A DNA stretch of 64,000 nt from Selaginella moellendorffii (Eukaryota > Plantae > Lycopodiophyta): positions 133,140-197,139 of the forward strand of contig NW_003314422.1 of NCBI RefSeq assembly GCF_000143415.4, in the 5' to 3' direction. A program made the position numbers and the translations under genes. This document shows positions 12,342 to 23,745 of this stretch, one piece after another. Within the stretch, counting starts at the first letter, position 1. Each line of letters opens with the position of its first letter. Under the pieces are notes generated by a model. It ran no database searches. It saw only the letters and a program-made list of their open reading frames with translations, and was not told the DNA's origin.

Positions 12342-14025
12342 ATGTCTCTGAATTGTCAGCTGACGCCTCTGTGCTACACATCATTTCTTACAGCATGGGT
12401 TGCTGCAGTTGTCTGGTTCACAAGCCAGGCTACGGCTAGCTCACAATCGTACCAGCAAGCTTGTTACGAATCTGCTCCAGACCCCAAATTCTGCATCACA
12501 GTGCTCTCTAGATATGGTTTGCAGGGAAAAGATGTGGCAAGAGGCGGACCCGGTCGCTTTGAATTGGTGTCCTCCGCTGTGAAGGCAGCCCTGGATGGAG
12601 TGAACGAAGAACTTCAGATGTCCGAGATGTTGGGAGGAGCAATTCCTGGTCCACATGCGGATCAAGCCAAATTGACGACTAGCAAGTCAAAGAAGCGGGC
12701 TAAAATACGTTGGATGACTGCGCGGAAATGCTCACAGATGCATCTGAACTGATCCGAGATTGTCTTAGTGGCTCCCTTTCGAATGCAACTTCATCACGGA
12801 TCACGGATATTCATACCTGGATGAGTTCTGCTCTAACGTATCATACAACATGCTTCGATGGTCTGAGCCAGGTGTCTCCAGGAAAAGACGTGTTGGCAAA
12901 AATGAAGCGAGAACTGAACAAGATCGAGAAGACGATAAGCACCGCCCTTTCTTTTCTGCCTACAATAAGTTTGGATTCATCTTTTGATTCCAACTTGATT
13001 CACAGCGATACCAGCTATCAAAGTTTCTGACTAAACCTCCGGAGAAAGCAGTTACCAACGTGGTGGTTGCTCAAGATGGAAGTGGACGATATACCACGAT
13101 ATCGGCTGCAATTGCTGCTGCTCCTAGCAGGAGTGCTAGCACATATGTCATCTACATCAAAGCAGGAACTTACAAAGAGAAGGTCTCCGTTCCCAAGTCG
13201 AAGACGAAGCAGGGAAGACTATTATTACTGGGTCCAAGAGTGTTCAAGACGGAGTGACAACATTCAGGACTGCCACTGTTGGTGGGTATTGTCAATGATC
13301 TTGATATTGTCATTTCTAAAAGTGACTTTCGATTTGCAGAAATTAATGGACGAGGATTTCTTTGTAGAGACTTGACAATCCAAAACACAGCTGGTGCGGC
13401 GAAGCAGCAGGCCGTGGCACTTCGCGTGAGCGAAGTCAAAGTTGCTTTCTACAAGTGCACATTCGAAGGCTACCAGGATACACTTTACACTCACGTAATG
13501 CGGCAGTTCTACAGGGAATGCACAGTTTATGGAACCGTAGATTTCATCTTTGGGGATGCAGCAGCTGTTTTCCAGAGCTGCACAATTCTGGCCCGCGTAC
13601 CCATGGACAAACAGAAGAACACACTGACTGCACAGGGAAGAACTGATCCGAATCAGAACACGGGACTCGCTTTCCAAGACTGTACGCTGGATGGGACGGA
13701 TGATCTGAAGAAGAGTGGTACACAAACTTATCTAGGAAGGCCGTGGAAGCAATACTCAAGGACCGTGTTCCTGAGATGCTACGAGATCTCAGTCATAGAT
13801 CCAGCAGGATGGCTTGCTTGGAGCGGAAACTTCGCACTGAAGACCCTCTTCTATGCGGAGTATCAATGCAAAGGCCCCGGCTCTGGAACTGGAAGCACAG
13901 TTAGCTGGTCGAGACAGCTGAATTCCTACGCCGAAGCCAGCAAATACACTCCAGGTAGCTTCATTTCGGGCTCGGATTGGTTGGGGGGGGGACTAACTTT
14001 CCATTCTCGCTGGGGCTCTAGTTGA
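12342..14025 (+). pseudogene. Type I pectin methylesterase (PMEI pro-domain + PME) with several frameshifts
   Basis: PMEI-like segments (LDDCAEML, IHTWMSSALTYHTTCFDG) and PME motifs VVAQDGSG, GTYKEKV, QAVALRV, GYQDTLY, GTVDFIFG, YLGRPWK. Frame breaks near 12710, 13030, 13210 and in the G-run at ~13983-13991. Confidence 0.85.
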
Positions 14026-14911
14026 ATTTGAGGGTGTTGTAAGAGAATGGTGGTTTGCTGGCCGATTTGCTGGATTGATCTGAGTGTCTGAATATTAATA
14101 TATGTTGCTTTAATTTCAATAACTGCAGTAGGCAGGACAGCGGAATACTTACACAGTCGTATTTGCTGTGGCACGCCCAGTGCCGTGTACTTGTGGAAGC
14201 TTCAAAAAAGCGGCACTGTGCTTCTCGATCGAATGCACACCGACAAGGTCGGGGCGGGTAAAATAGGGATATTCCATTCATTTGAATTACCTGCCAAAGT
14301 TTTGAACTATCTCCAAAAATCTTCCCAGTCTCAGCTAGAACAGCCAAACTAACCATGACAGCACAGACAATAAGGTGTCATAGGAGGTAAAATTGCTTGA
14401 AGTTTCACTTTAGTGTGCAACTTTGTGCTCCACCTCTGTTTTTTGGCAGGTACCCACTACCGAGTATGGGACTGGCTTTGTGTGCCAAGCTTATATTTGG
14501 CGTTCCTTGGTCGTAGAATCTTAAAATCAGGTGAATAACAGAGCTCACTTGCCCACTTGCCCCGACTAAAGCCGTCGACGTGCCAGGAATTGCAAAAAAG
14601 TCACCAACTGGTTCAGCTTTCTTCTGATGCTGTTCTCTTTAAATTGATATAATGTTATCAATGTAGATTAAATACAAATTATAACAATAGCACACATATG
14701 AATTACTCTCGCTACAGATTTCTATCATGTAGCTTATTTGCAAATTTCAGTTATTTAACAGTGCTTAGATATGGTTGGAAAGCTTGTGGAACTGAGGCAC
14801 TTGATGCAAAATGCTCAAATATAAATATGCTGAATCCGCTGCTATTTATTTGGTACCATAAGATTTAACTTGGATTCGTTTGCGTTCATGATGGAAACGG
14901 AGACGACACAG

Positions 14912-15977
14912 CTATATAGCGAGGTCGTTGCATATGAGTCTGCCGTCCTTGTTGGCGATGTCAATGTCCAGATCCAGCTCAAACTTGACCTTCCGTTTGT
15001 CCTCGGTCTCTGCCAATCCGAAAATCTTAGCGCCTTTGAGCTCCATCTCGGAGCACGACCGCGTAAAATTCCCCGGCTTTCTCTTTGCAGTCTTGACAAC
15101 GCCATTAATATTCTCGTAGTAATAGTTGAGGTCCATGACAGCATTGTGCCAGCGCCAGCTAGAATCCCGACACTCCGCTCGCAGCTGGCCATCCACAAAC
15201 GAAATGTTCCTGCTGGAAAGGGAAAAATTTTCCTGCAGACACCATAAGGAAGGAAACAATGAAACTTAAGCATAAAGTTCAAGGTTTGCGAGACTTTGCG
15301 AGACTCCATGCCCAGACCTTCTGCAAAGTGACGACGTGCTGATCTTCATGGCCCCATCTGTCGATCCAGTGCTGGATGTTGTGCTCCAGAACAGAATTAT
15401 TTGTCGCACCACTGAAGATTGGCCTCATATACACCACATCGGTGATCACCTGCTCTGGGTTGTCCGGGTTCACTCGGATCCTATAGCAGGTCCCCTGGCG
15501 CCATAGCGACAAACTATACCTGCCGTACGTCCGCTTCTGCCCTGTGAGAATTATCAAAGAAGCTCAACAAGTTTAGCATTTGCAAGCACCAGATTTCAAG
15601 CAGCTCAGCGGGACTTGGAATTCACCTGGGAGGATCTCATAATATCCGCCGTCAGCCTGCACCTGGTTGGTGATGAAGAGAACTGTCGCAGCCGCCCAGT
15701 CCACAACCGTGGCGCCGATTGAAATGACTTTGATGCTTGCAGCAGCCGCCGTAATGGTGGCTATGGCGCCAGTGGAGATGCCAAACACGCTCACCACCCC
15801 ATTTGCGACCAGAGCAGCTGAGACACCGGAGAGTGCCCCTGCACTGACGATGATAGCAGCGAGTGCCCCGATTAGACCAGTGACAATGGTTGCAATGCTG
15901 AGGGCTGCTTCGTCGTGGCCAACCTTCACCAAGTAAGTGTCCGGAGTGTTATTGTGGATTGAGATGTAGGAGCCCAT
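14912..15977 (-). CDS. 298-aa protein: N-terminal domain with a long Ala/Gly/Ile-rich hydrophobic segment fused to a C-terminal cyanovirin-N homology (CVNH) lectin domain
   Basis: Three exons (15977-15626, 15541-15318, 15232-14912) join in frame through GT-AG introns, 897 nt in total. The last exon has two CVNH half-repeats (FSLSSRNISFVDGQLRAECRD...MDLNYYYENING and GNFTRSCSEMEL...LDLDIDIANKDGRL). Confidence 0.8.
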
Positions 15978-16171
15978 GATCGCTAGCACTACGGATCTAG
16001 AGTGACTCTGGATATTAGACAGACAAGAGATGCGTCGAGCTATGCACTACCAAAGAAAGTAACTTAGTTAGAGGTCCCCTTTGCCCTCCCTTCTTATTAC
16101 AGAAGGAAACTTAGTGAGGCAGCCTGAGATTCCATGCCAAGGTAAGCAATGTGGCTGTATGAAAGATGTAC

Positions 16172-16751
16172 CAGCCAATAAGTGATGACTGAAAAGCCCC
16201 ATTCATCCTATTTGTCTTGAGGTGGGATTCTGTCAAGAAAAAAACCAAGGCCTAGTACCCTAATATAACAAAATTGTCACTGTGCAAATTATATTTTGGT
16301 GCAATTAGCTGCAATTTGTACACAGCTTTAAGGTACAAAAAATTTCAGGTTTATATATTCACCTTGGTTCAACTTCAAAATCTTATGCGTTTGAAGTGTT
16401 GAAGCTCTACTCTGAAAAGGTTGACAGTTTCAGTAAAGGTGACTGACATGGGCTTGGCGTGTCTGGGGCTCCAGTCAGATAGTGACAACTTTGGACATTT
16501 CAACCATGTTCAAAACGTGGACCACCATAGTAAGGTGAACTGGACTCCGGGAATTCAAAAAGCTATTGAAGCTAACTACTAAATTCCACCTGAGTAGATA
16601 ATGTGATAGACGAGTATCGCACCAGTTCACTGTGTCATTGGTAAAATTTGTCCGAACACATTACCGTGTGCTTATTTACAAGAGACTTTATATACAACTG
16701 GACAGTAGTGATGATGAATGGGGCTTTTCAGTCATCAAATTTTTTTGGCTG
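16172..16751. mobile_element. MITE-like element defined by terminal inverted repeats
   Basis: Perfect inverted repeat GATGACTGAAAAGCCCCATTCATC at 16184-16207 and 16713-16736, with outer CAGCCAA/TTGGCTG. The interior is non-coding. No clear TSD. Confidence 0.5.
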
Positions 16752-17222
16752 CAACCCAATAGGTCATGAAGATTCATGATATAAAAGAAATAAGTTCAAG
16801 GCAGATTTTTACATGCCTTTGCTACTCCGTAGCAAGTTTCAAAGCTGTGCGCAATTTCCACACTGTGGCAACACCAGATTGTAGATCGATTGTGAAGGCC
16901 GCATCTCTAAGGCTGTAGTTCACCAGTTTGCAACAGCAAGCATATAGGATTACGTTAGACACATATATATTTATTAGCCTTAAAGTTTTGTTCTGCTAAG
17001 TATATGAATATATATAGAGCGCAGCGATGATGCACACTGATAGAACCATGAATGTTGAAATATCCCAAAATGGAGATAATATTTCACTTGTGCTGTAAAA
17101 ACAATAAAATGGAGTTTTGCCCGTTCAGGAATATTCTATTTGGTATATTCAAGGAATGTTCAGGAATATTCTACTCCTGCCAAGGAATATCCACACTGTG
17201 CTTTGGGTTCTGGGTCACTCCC

Positions 17223-18624
17223 ATGGCAAGGACGCAAGTTTTGGGGCCACCGGTGAATCGCGCTCAGCATTGTTTCAAGATTCATCAGATTCACATCCCC
17301 AATGTCCAGGTACGTGTCTGTCTTGTTTGCAACTTAGCTGTAAGTTTCGCCCAAAATCTAGGTTCATTGCAAGTTACCCGCGGTCGCATTGAAAACGCGA
17401 TTAAGCATCATTCTGATCCGGGCTGTACGCAAAGGTCAAATTTAATTTTTTTGTATTTCTTTCTTTTTTTTTGGTTTTCTTCTTCCAGATTATGATTTTA
17501 CCAGTGGAACTGTTTTCAGGTAATGCATTCCCAGTACAGTCGCCTCTCCCAGGAAACCCCACCTGTACGGTTGTGGACGAATGTGATACTTGCAGCCAAT
17601 GTGATGTTAAGTCGGACTGCAAGTGCTATGTTTTTCGATGGATATTTCCTGACAATCGATCTGTGTATATGCAGAGCTTTCATGGCGCATATTGTGATCG
17701 GTACTGAAAACCGGCTTATCCTCTGGGGAGCAAAGGTACTCTGTGGCTTAATCAGTTGGCTAGAGCTCAAAGCTCCTCAGTAGCGTCACAGGTGAATAAC
17801 TTGATTGCAAAAGGCCAGATTTGGAGACTTCTTACGCCCGCCTTCCTTCACGTCAACTTGATACACCTCCTGGTCAGTTGCACGCTAGCTAGAATGTTAA
17901 TGGAGTCGGACTGTTTTGCAGTTGAACTGCTACTCTGTACACTCCCTGGGTCCACATTTGGAGTCACTGGGAGGATCCAAGAGGTTCTTGGTGGTGTTTG
18001 CTGTTGCCGCTGTTACTAGTAAGTCGAGACTTAACAACACAGAACCATCTCAAAATCGTTGTTGCAGCTTCTTGCCTGAGCTTCCTCATGTGTAAGTCAC
18101 CAGCAGTTGGCGCTTCAGGAGCGATTTGTGGCCTGGTATTGATGAACTGACGCTGCTCACATGCATCTCACCCTCTGTGTGGTGCAGATTGGAGCCCTTG
18201 CTGTCTACTCCTTCAGGCACAGGAAATTGCTGAACAAGGCACAGGAAAATTTGGGTCGAATCTCACGCACCGTAGCTTTTAACATGGTACTCAGTTTCGT
18301 TTCCTCCTCCTGTTCTTCCTGAAGTCCGTGGTTGAACCAGGTTCTTGGTTTGATGTCACATGAAGTGGACAACTGGGGACATGTAAGCCTTTCTGTCTCA
18401 AAATTCTTTGTGTTTGATTGTTTTTGTTTTCCCTTCTGCAGCTGGGAGGTTTTGTAGGTGGTGCTTTTGTAAGCTGGTTGATAGGACCTGCATTGAGGGC
18501 TGTTTGTAAAGGTACTAAAGTTGTGCTCGAAGATCATCCTCCAGCCATTCAACTATGGCGGTGCTGGTTGCGTTGGTTGCCTCGTCTTTCACTACGTCGT
18601 CCTTCAAACAATAATCAATATTAG
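17223..18624 (+). CDS. Rhomboid-like intramembrane serine protease (RBL10-like), multi-exon
   Basis: Exons read [55 protein letters not shown] (catalytic Ser), VDNWGH/LGGF (catalytic His). The start codon is uncertain. Confidence 0.85.
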
Positions 18625-19353
18625 GCCTTGGTCGGTCCATGGTACGGCTCCAGCTTGCAGGCAACAGCATTTCAGCTTAGCGATATGGATTTTCCCGTGT
18701 ACGTAAGACCATATGTTCATATTTGTCTAAGGTGTCTGTCGTTCGTTTTCCAGCTTGAGAGTCAGACTTGTATCTCGTGGGGGGTTTTAAACTCGGATCC
18801 TCACATTGACCAGTCGCTTTTTTTTCAAAATCGCCATTTTCTCTCAGAATGAGTTCTCGTTAACGTTGCCTCAACAAGCTTAACTGTTTAATCTCTGGCA
18901 AAACTTTTGGAACTCAAATCCGTTCACTGATGGGCATTCTTGTACCTGGTCTTGATGACACCAAGCGGCTTCTTGAAGTCGCAAAGTGTTCATCCTTGTC
19001 GAACGTGGCCACGAACTTCTTGTACATGGTGCTCTTCCGCACAATATACAAATATTCTCAAAGAACACTACTTATTCAAGATGAAATCCAGTAAATCACA
19101 TAACAGGGGAAGACCTGGCACCTTGGTTCAATCAACAAAGTTCTTGCCAGTTCAATGAATAATGCAGAATCTAACAAGACCATTCTTGTCAGCAGGGCAT
19201 TTGGTTTTGTTTTGTTAGAATGATTGGTTCATGAAATTACTATTATTATTATTACATTCATTTATTAATATGGTTTAGTTTTGATTTTCAAATATCCTTC
19301 ACACAATCACTCTTTAAATTATATACTTATAATTAAATAATGTAATTTAGCTA

Positions 19354-21592
19354 TGTGAGTGCTCGGGATATAGGAATAAGTATATTAATTGGGGTTTAGA
19401 CCTATGCTTATGTACAAGAATGGATGGACTAAATTGTCCCAAATGAATAGTCTATATTCTATAATACTATAATTAGTGTATTATCTAGTTAGGGTAATAC
19501 ATGTATATACATACATGTATTTACAAACTTTACACCATCCTCCCCTCTGGAAGATGAAAAAAGGCGATGATAATAAGTTAGGTGGAATATCTAAAGCTTT
19601 TGTTAGGTGATTATAAACTATCACAAGAATCTAAAACTCCTAAAAAATCACTAACAAAGTTGCTAATAACCATGATTGAAATAAAATCTAAAGCCATGGC
19701 ATAAACATTAGCCAACTACAAAACTTTAATGAACTAGTTGCGACTCCGTATATAACTCCCAAATGTTTAAACCAACCACACAACTATAATGTTGAACTAA
19801 GGAGGTTGGCTTCATTTAGTTCATTCTCCACATTTTCTTTATCCCCTCCTTGAAAGAAAAAAAGTTTTGAAACACTAACTCAATTTGGACTTGTTGTGCT
19901 CATCCTCACTCCACCATTTATATCCAGCCTCATTCCACTATCATTTGGCTTCATTACGTTAGGGCTAGATATTCTGTTCGGATTTACTATACTCGTCCTC
20001 ACTCCACAATCTATATCATTCATTTTCATTCCACTACCATATGTACTCATCCTCACTCCATCGTCGGGGCCAAACTCCCATCTGTCTCCTCTACCCCCTC
20101 CTCTGAAGAAAAAAAAGTTTGAAGTGTTAAGGCAAAAAGGAAAAAATGAGAAAAATTGAGGAAAAACAATTATGGAAGAAAAAAAAAAGGATAAAGAAGC
20201 ATCAAAAGAGGAATTTGCAACAATTGACAATGTAAAAATGGGAAAATTATAAGAACATGTGCTTAAAACTTGGAAAATAGAGGACTTCCTATCATAAAAT
20301 ACTTCGGCCACCATAATATAAGCAAATAATTTACACCACTCAAATTCCTCAACACATAACTCAATACTTGATACAGAAAAATCAATAACAACATTCACAC
20401 TTTCAAGGGAATATATAAATTCCTCAGTAGCAATAGTAAAATAAAAGCTCTCAATGGCACTCACAAATAGGGACATGCACATGCATTCAACTTGAAACTC
20501 TAGCCAAAGTGACTCAACCCTTGGAACAGAGGAATATCAACACTAGAATTGATCAAAGACTCTACCAATGAAACAGAAGCAAGATTCTCAACTTCATGGA
20601 TACTCAACATCTACATTAGTATGAAGAGGATAGAAAACACTCAACTCAACACTAGATTGAGAATGAGAATCATGAGAGTTACAAATGATTGACGTGCCAA
20701 GAAAAGAAAGCATTGTAAATGAAAAAGAAATATTATGAACATGAGAAGGTAGCTTAGGCTGAAAAATAAGAAAAGATTAGGAAAGAGCAGAAGGTGAAGA
20801 GAAAGAATCAAATGGTAAATTGAAATATTGACACTTACCCCTGAAATCTCCACTTCATCTCCAAAGCTATCTCCATAATAATCAAACTCATCATCACACT
20901 CTAAAATCCATTCAAGCTCATACACATCGTCTTCCCATAAATTTGATCCTTGAACATTCTTTAAGAATTGGACTGCATCATTCATAGCTTATCAATTAAT
21001 ATCACAATCACATTCCACATCAACAAGAGATGGTAGAACACCAAGAACAAGAAAAATTATGTAATCATATCCCATAAAAGTTGGAGACAACAACACATCA
21101 AAGATGGGCACATCACCAATATGATTACACTCCACAACACCAAAAGTTTGATCCAACAGACATACTCCTTGATCAATAACAGTGTAGCATAGTGAAAGAA
21201 GAGAATGCAATAAAGATCATAAGAAAGAGCAAATCTAAGCACAATGATAGCTAGAATTCTAAATCTTGCAAAATGCTAATACAAATCTAGATCTAAAAGA
21301 GAATGAAGAAATAAAAATAAAAAAAGCACAACCTTGAATACTAGAGCAAAGCATTGCCAAAAAGCTTTGCCCTTCAGAAACAAATTGCAATGCCTTTCAA
21401 CTCCACTAATGTGAGTGTTTGGGATATAAAAATAGATATATTAATTGGGGTTTAAACCCCTGCTTATATACAAAAATGGATGGATTAGATTTATTCTCAA
21501 ATGGACGATCCATATACTATAACACTATAATTAGTGTATTACTTAGCTAGGGTAATATATGTATATACATACATATATTTATAAACCTTATA
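19354..21592 (-). mobile_element. Old non-autonomous LTR element (~2.2 kb) with ~180 bp diverged LTRs
   Basis: Direct repeats at 19354-19534 and 21410-21592 both begin TGTGAGTG and end TTACA/TTATA. CCATCCTCCCCT (PPT on the minus strand) follows the left repeat. No pol motifs are recognisable inside. Confidence 0.7.
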
Positions 21593-22140
21593 GATATAAT
21601 TAAATTACACATGCTGATATAGAGATCAACTTGTGTTTTTATTCAAGGCATGATGTGTTTGTAAAATAAGACAACCATGCTTGTGATTCATTATACCATC
21701 CAACTGTTCATTTGAACTAGAAGATATGAATATCAAGAGTGATTTCAATAAAACCATTCAATTATAAAATAATAAAATAATAAAAAATAAAAGTAATATT
21801 AAAATGCTAAAAAATAGACTTCAAATGTTTTTTTTGTTAATGACACAAGTAATAATTGTAGGTAAACCTATAGATGTAGGAGGCAAGGACAAGTTTCACT
21901 TGATTTTTATTGAGACATGAGCCAGAGCCTAGTCATATGGTCTATAGTTAAAAAAACTAGACATTTAAATTGAAAAGGAAAAACAAATCTATTAATAATT
22001 GATATATAACTTCTAAATAATAAAATATTAATATGTGTGAAATTAAATAGGTAAGCTTATAAAATTAAATAACAAATTTATGAATCTGAAACTACCAGAA
22101 TACCCTTTTCAAAAATATGAACTCTACTAATATCTCTAAC

Positions 22141-23081
22141 TGTAGCATGGGATTAGATTTGGATATATTGTCATCATGGATCTTTAGAACTTTAGGGGAT
22201 AAATGGGGATAAAATAGCCATTAAGAATTCTTTCATCAAACAATTCCCTCTTTTTTCATTGGAGTAAATGGCATGGGTTCAATTCCTATTGATTAGTGGC
22301 TACTTAAAAATATAATATACTCTTGAATAAAATATATTTCTACCCTTAAATTTAAAATCATACGTATTGAGCATCCATGTGTACATCCTTCCTCTTGGTG
22401 GAGTATCCATAGACGAAGGTATCCACCGTAGGACTACAGTACGGGTGGATGACTAATTACTTTACATGAAATAGTTAATCTACACAATGGAAAGATTAGT
22501 AGATTCAGTGCGAAAATGGAGACGTTGGTTCCCTTAGGCTCAAGAAGGGTTGTTAAAATTGATAAATTTAGTGCAAAAATAAAAGTGTTGATTCCCTTAG
22601 GTATAATAGGGGTTGGTAGTCAATAGTCAATGAGGACATTGATATTTCTGAAGGGAGGGTGAGTGTAGTGAATAGAGGTTGTTAGGATTGGTAGATTCAG
22701 TGCGGAAATGGAACTGTTTAGTAGTCAATAATCAATGAGGACATTGACATTTCTGAAAGGGGGGGGGAGTGAGTGTAGCAGATAAAGGTTGTTAGGATTA
22801 GTACATTCAATGCGGAAATGAAGGTGTTGATTCCCTTAAGCTCAACAGAGGTTGTTAGTCAATAGTCAATGAGGACATTGACATCTCTGAGGGGAGAAGG
22901 GGTGAATAAGAGTTGTTAGTCAATAATTAATGAGGATATTGACATCTCTAATGGGGGGGGTGAGTGAGTGTAGAGCATATGATTATCGAATGAGATTTGA
23001 ATAATAATTATTGGGGGTTCTTTTATCAAACTTGCCTCTTTTCCAATTGGATTAAGGGGAGAGAGATAAAAGTGTGCTACA
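22141..23081 (+). mobile_element. Degenerate TRIM-like LTR element, same family as 46643-48937
   Basis: Begins TGTAGC and ends GCTACA, flanked by a perfect 5-bp TSD CTAAC (22136-22140 and 23082-23086). LTR and internal sequence match the element at 46643-48937. Confidence 0.8.
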
Positions 23082-23745
23082 CTAACAATAATTTGTTTCT
23101 ACTCAAGCATTATGATAATCAAAAGACTTTTCACAATTTGAATAATTTCTTTTTGTTGTGTTTTTACAAAGCATATGCTATTGCTAGCATTTCACAATGT
23201 GTATTCTCTTTTGTAACACTATCAATATTATTTAACATTATTTTCAGATCGTATTCATAACACTCTTGGTGTTGTTTCACATTTTTCATTAATTGTTTTT
23301 TTTAAGAAGGATTTTTTTCTCCAATTATAAAAGAATGCACTATTCCATCTTTATCTGTCCACCAGCTTTGACCTGGCAATTTGCAAACACCATTTTTTTT
23401 TTCATTAGCATAATTTTATTCATTTCCTCATTACTATTATAAATGGTAGGTACAATAAATGACACTCTAGTTGTAGCATTTTGTTTTCTAACTAGTTCAT
23501 GCTTGCCAGCACAGTTTCACGCAAAATGTGCCAACCCATCAGCACATAATAGGTCCCCACTTCCTCCTCGTCCTCTAACATACAAAAGCTTCCCCACAAT
23601 CACATTTTCTCCAAGCCAACCCTAGCTTCTGCTCACATCAGTTATCTCAGTTATCGTATAATAAACTAACGTCTTGCGGTGCAAAGTGGCATGTCTGTGT
23701 GTGTATGTATACTTAATTAGTTATTTAAAATTATTTTCGCTGATA

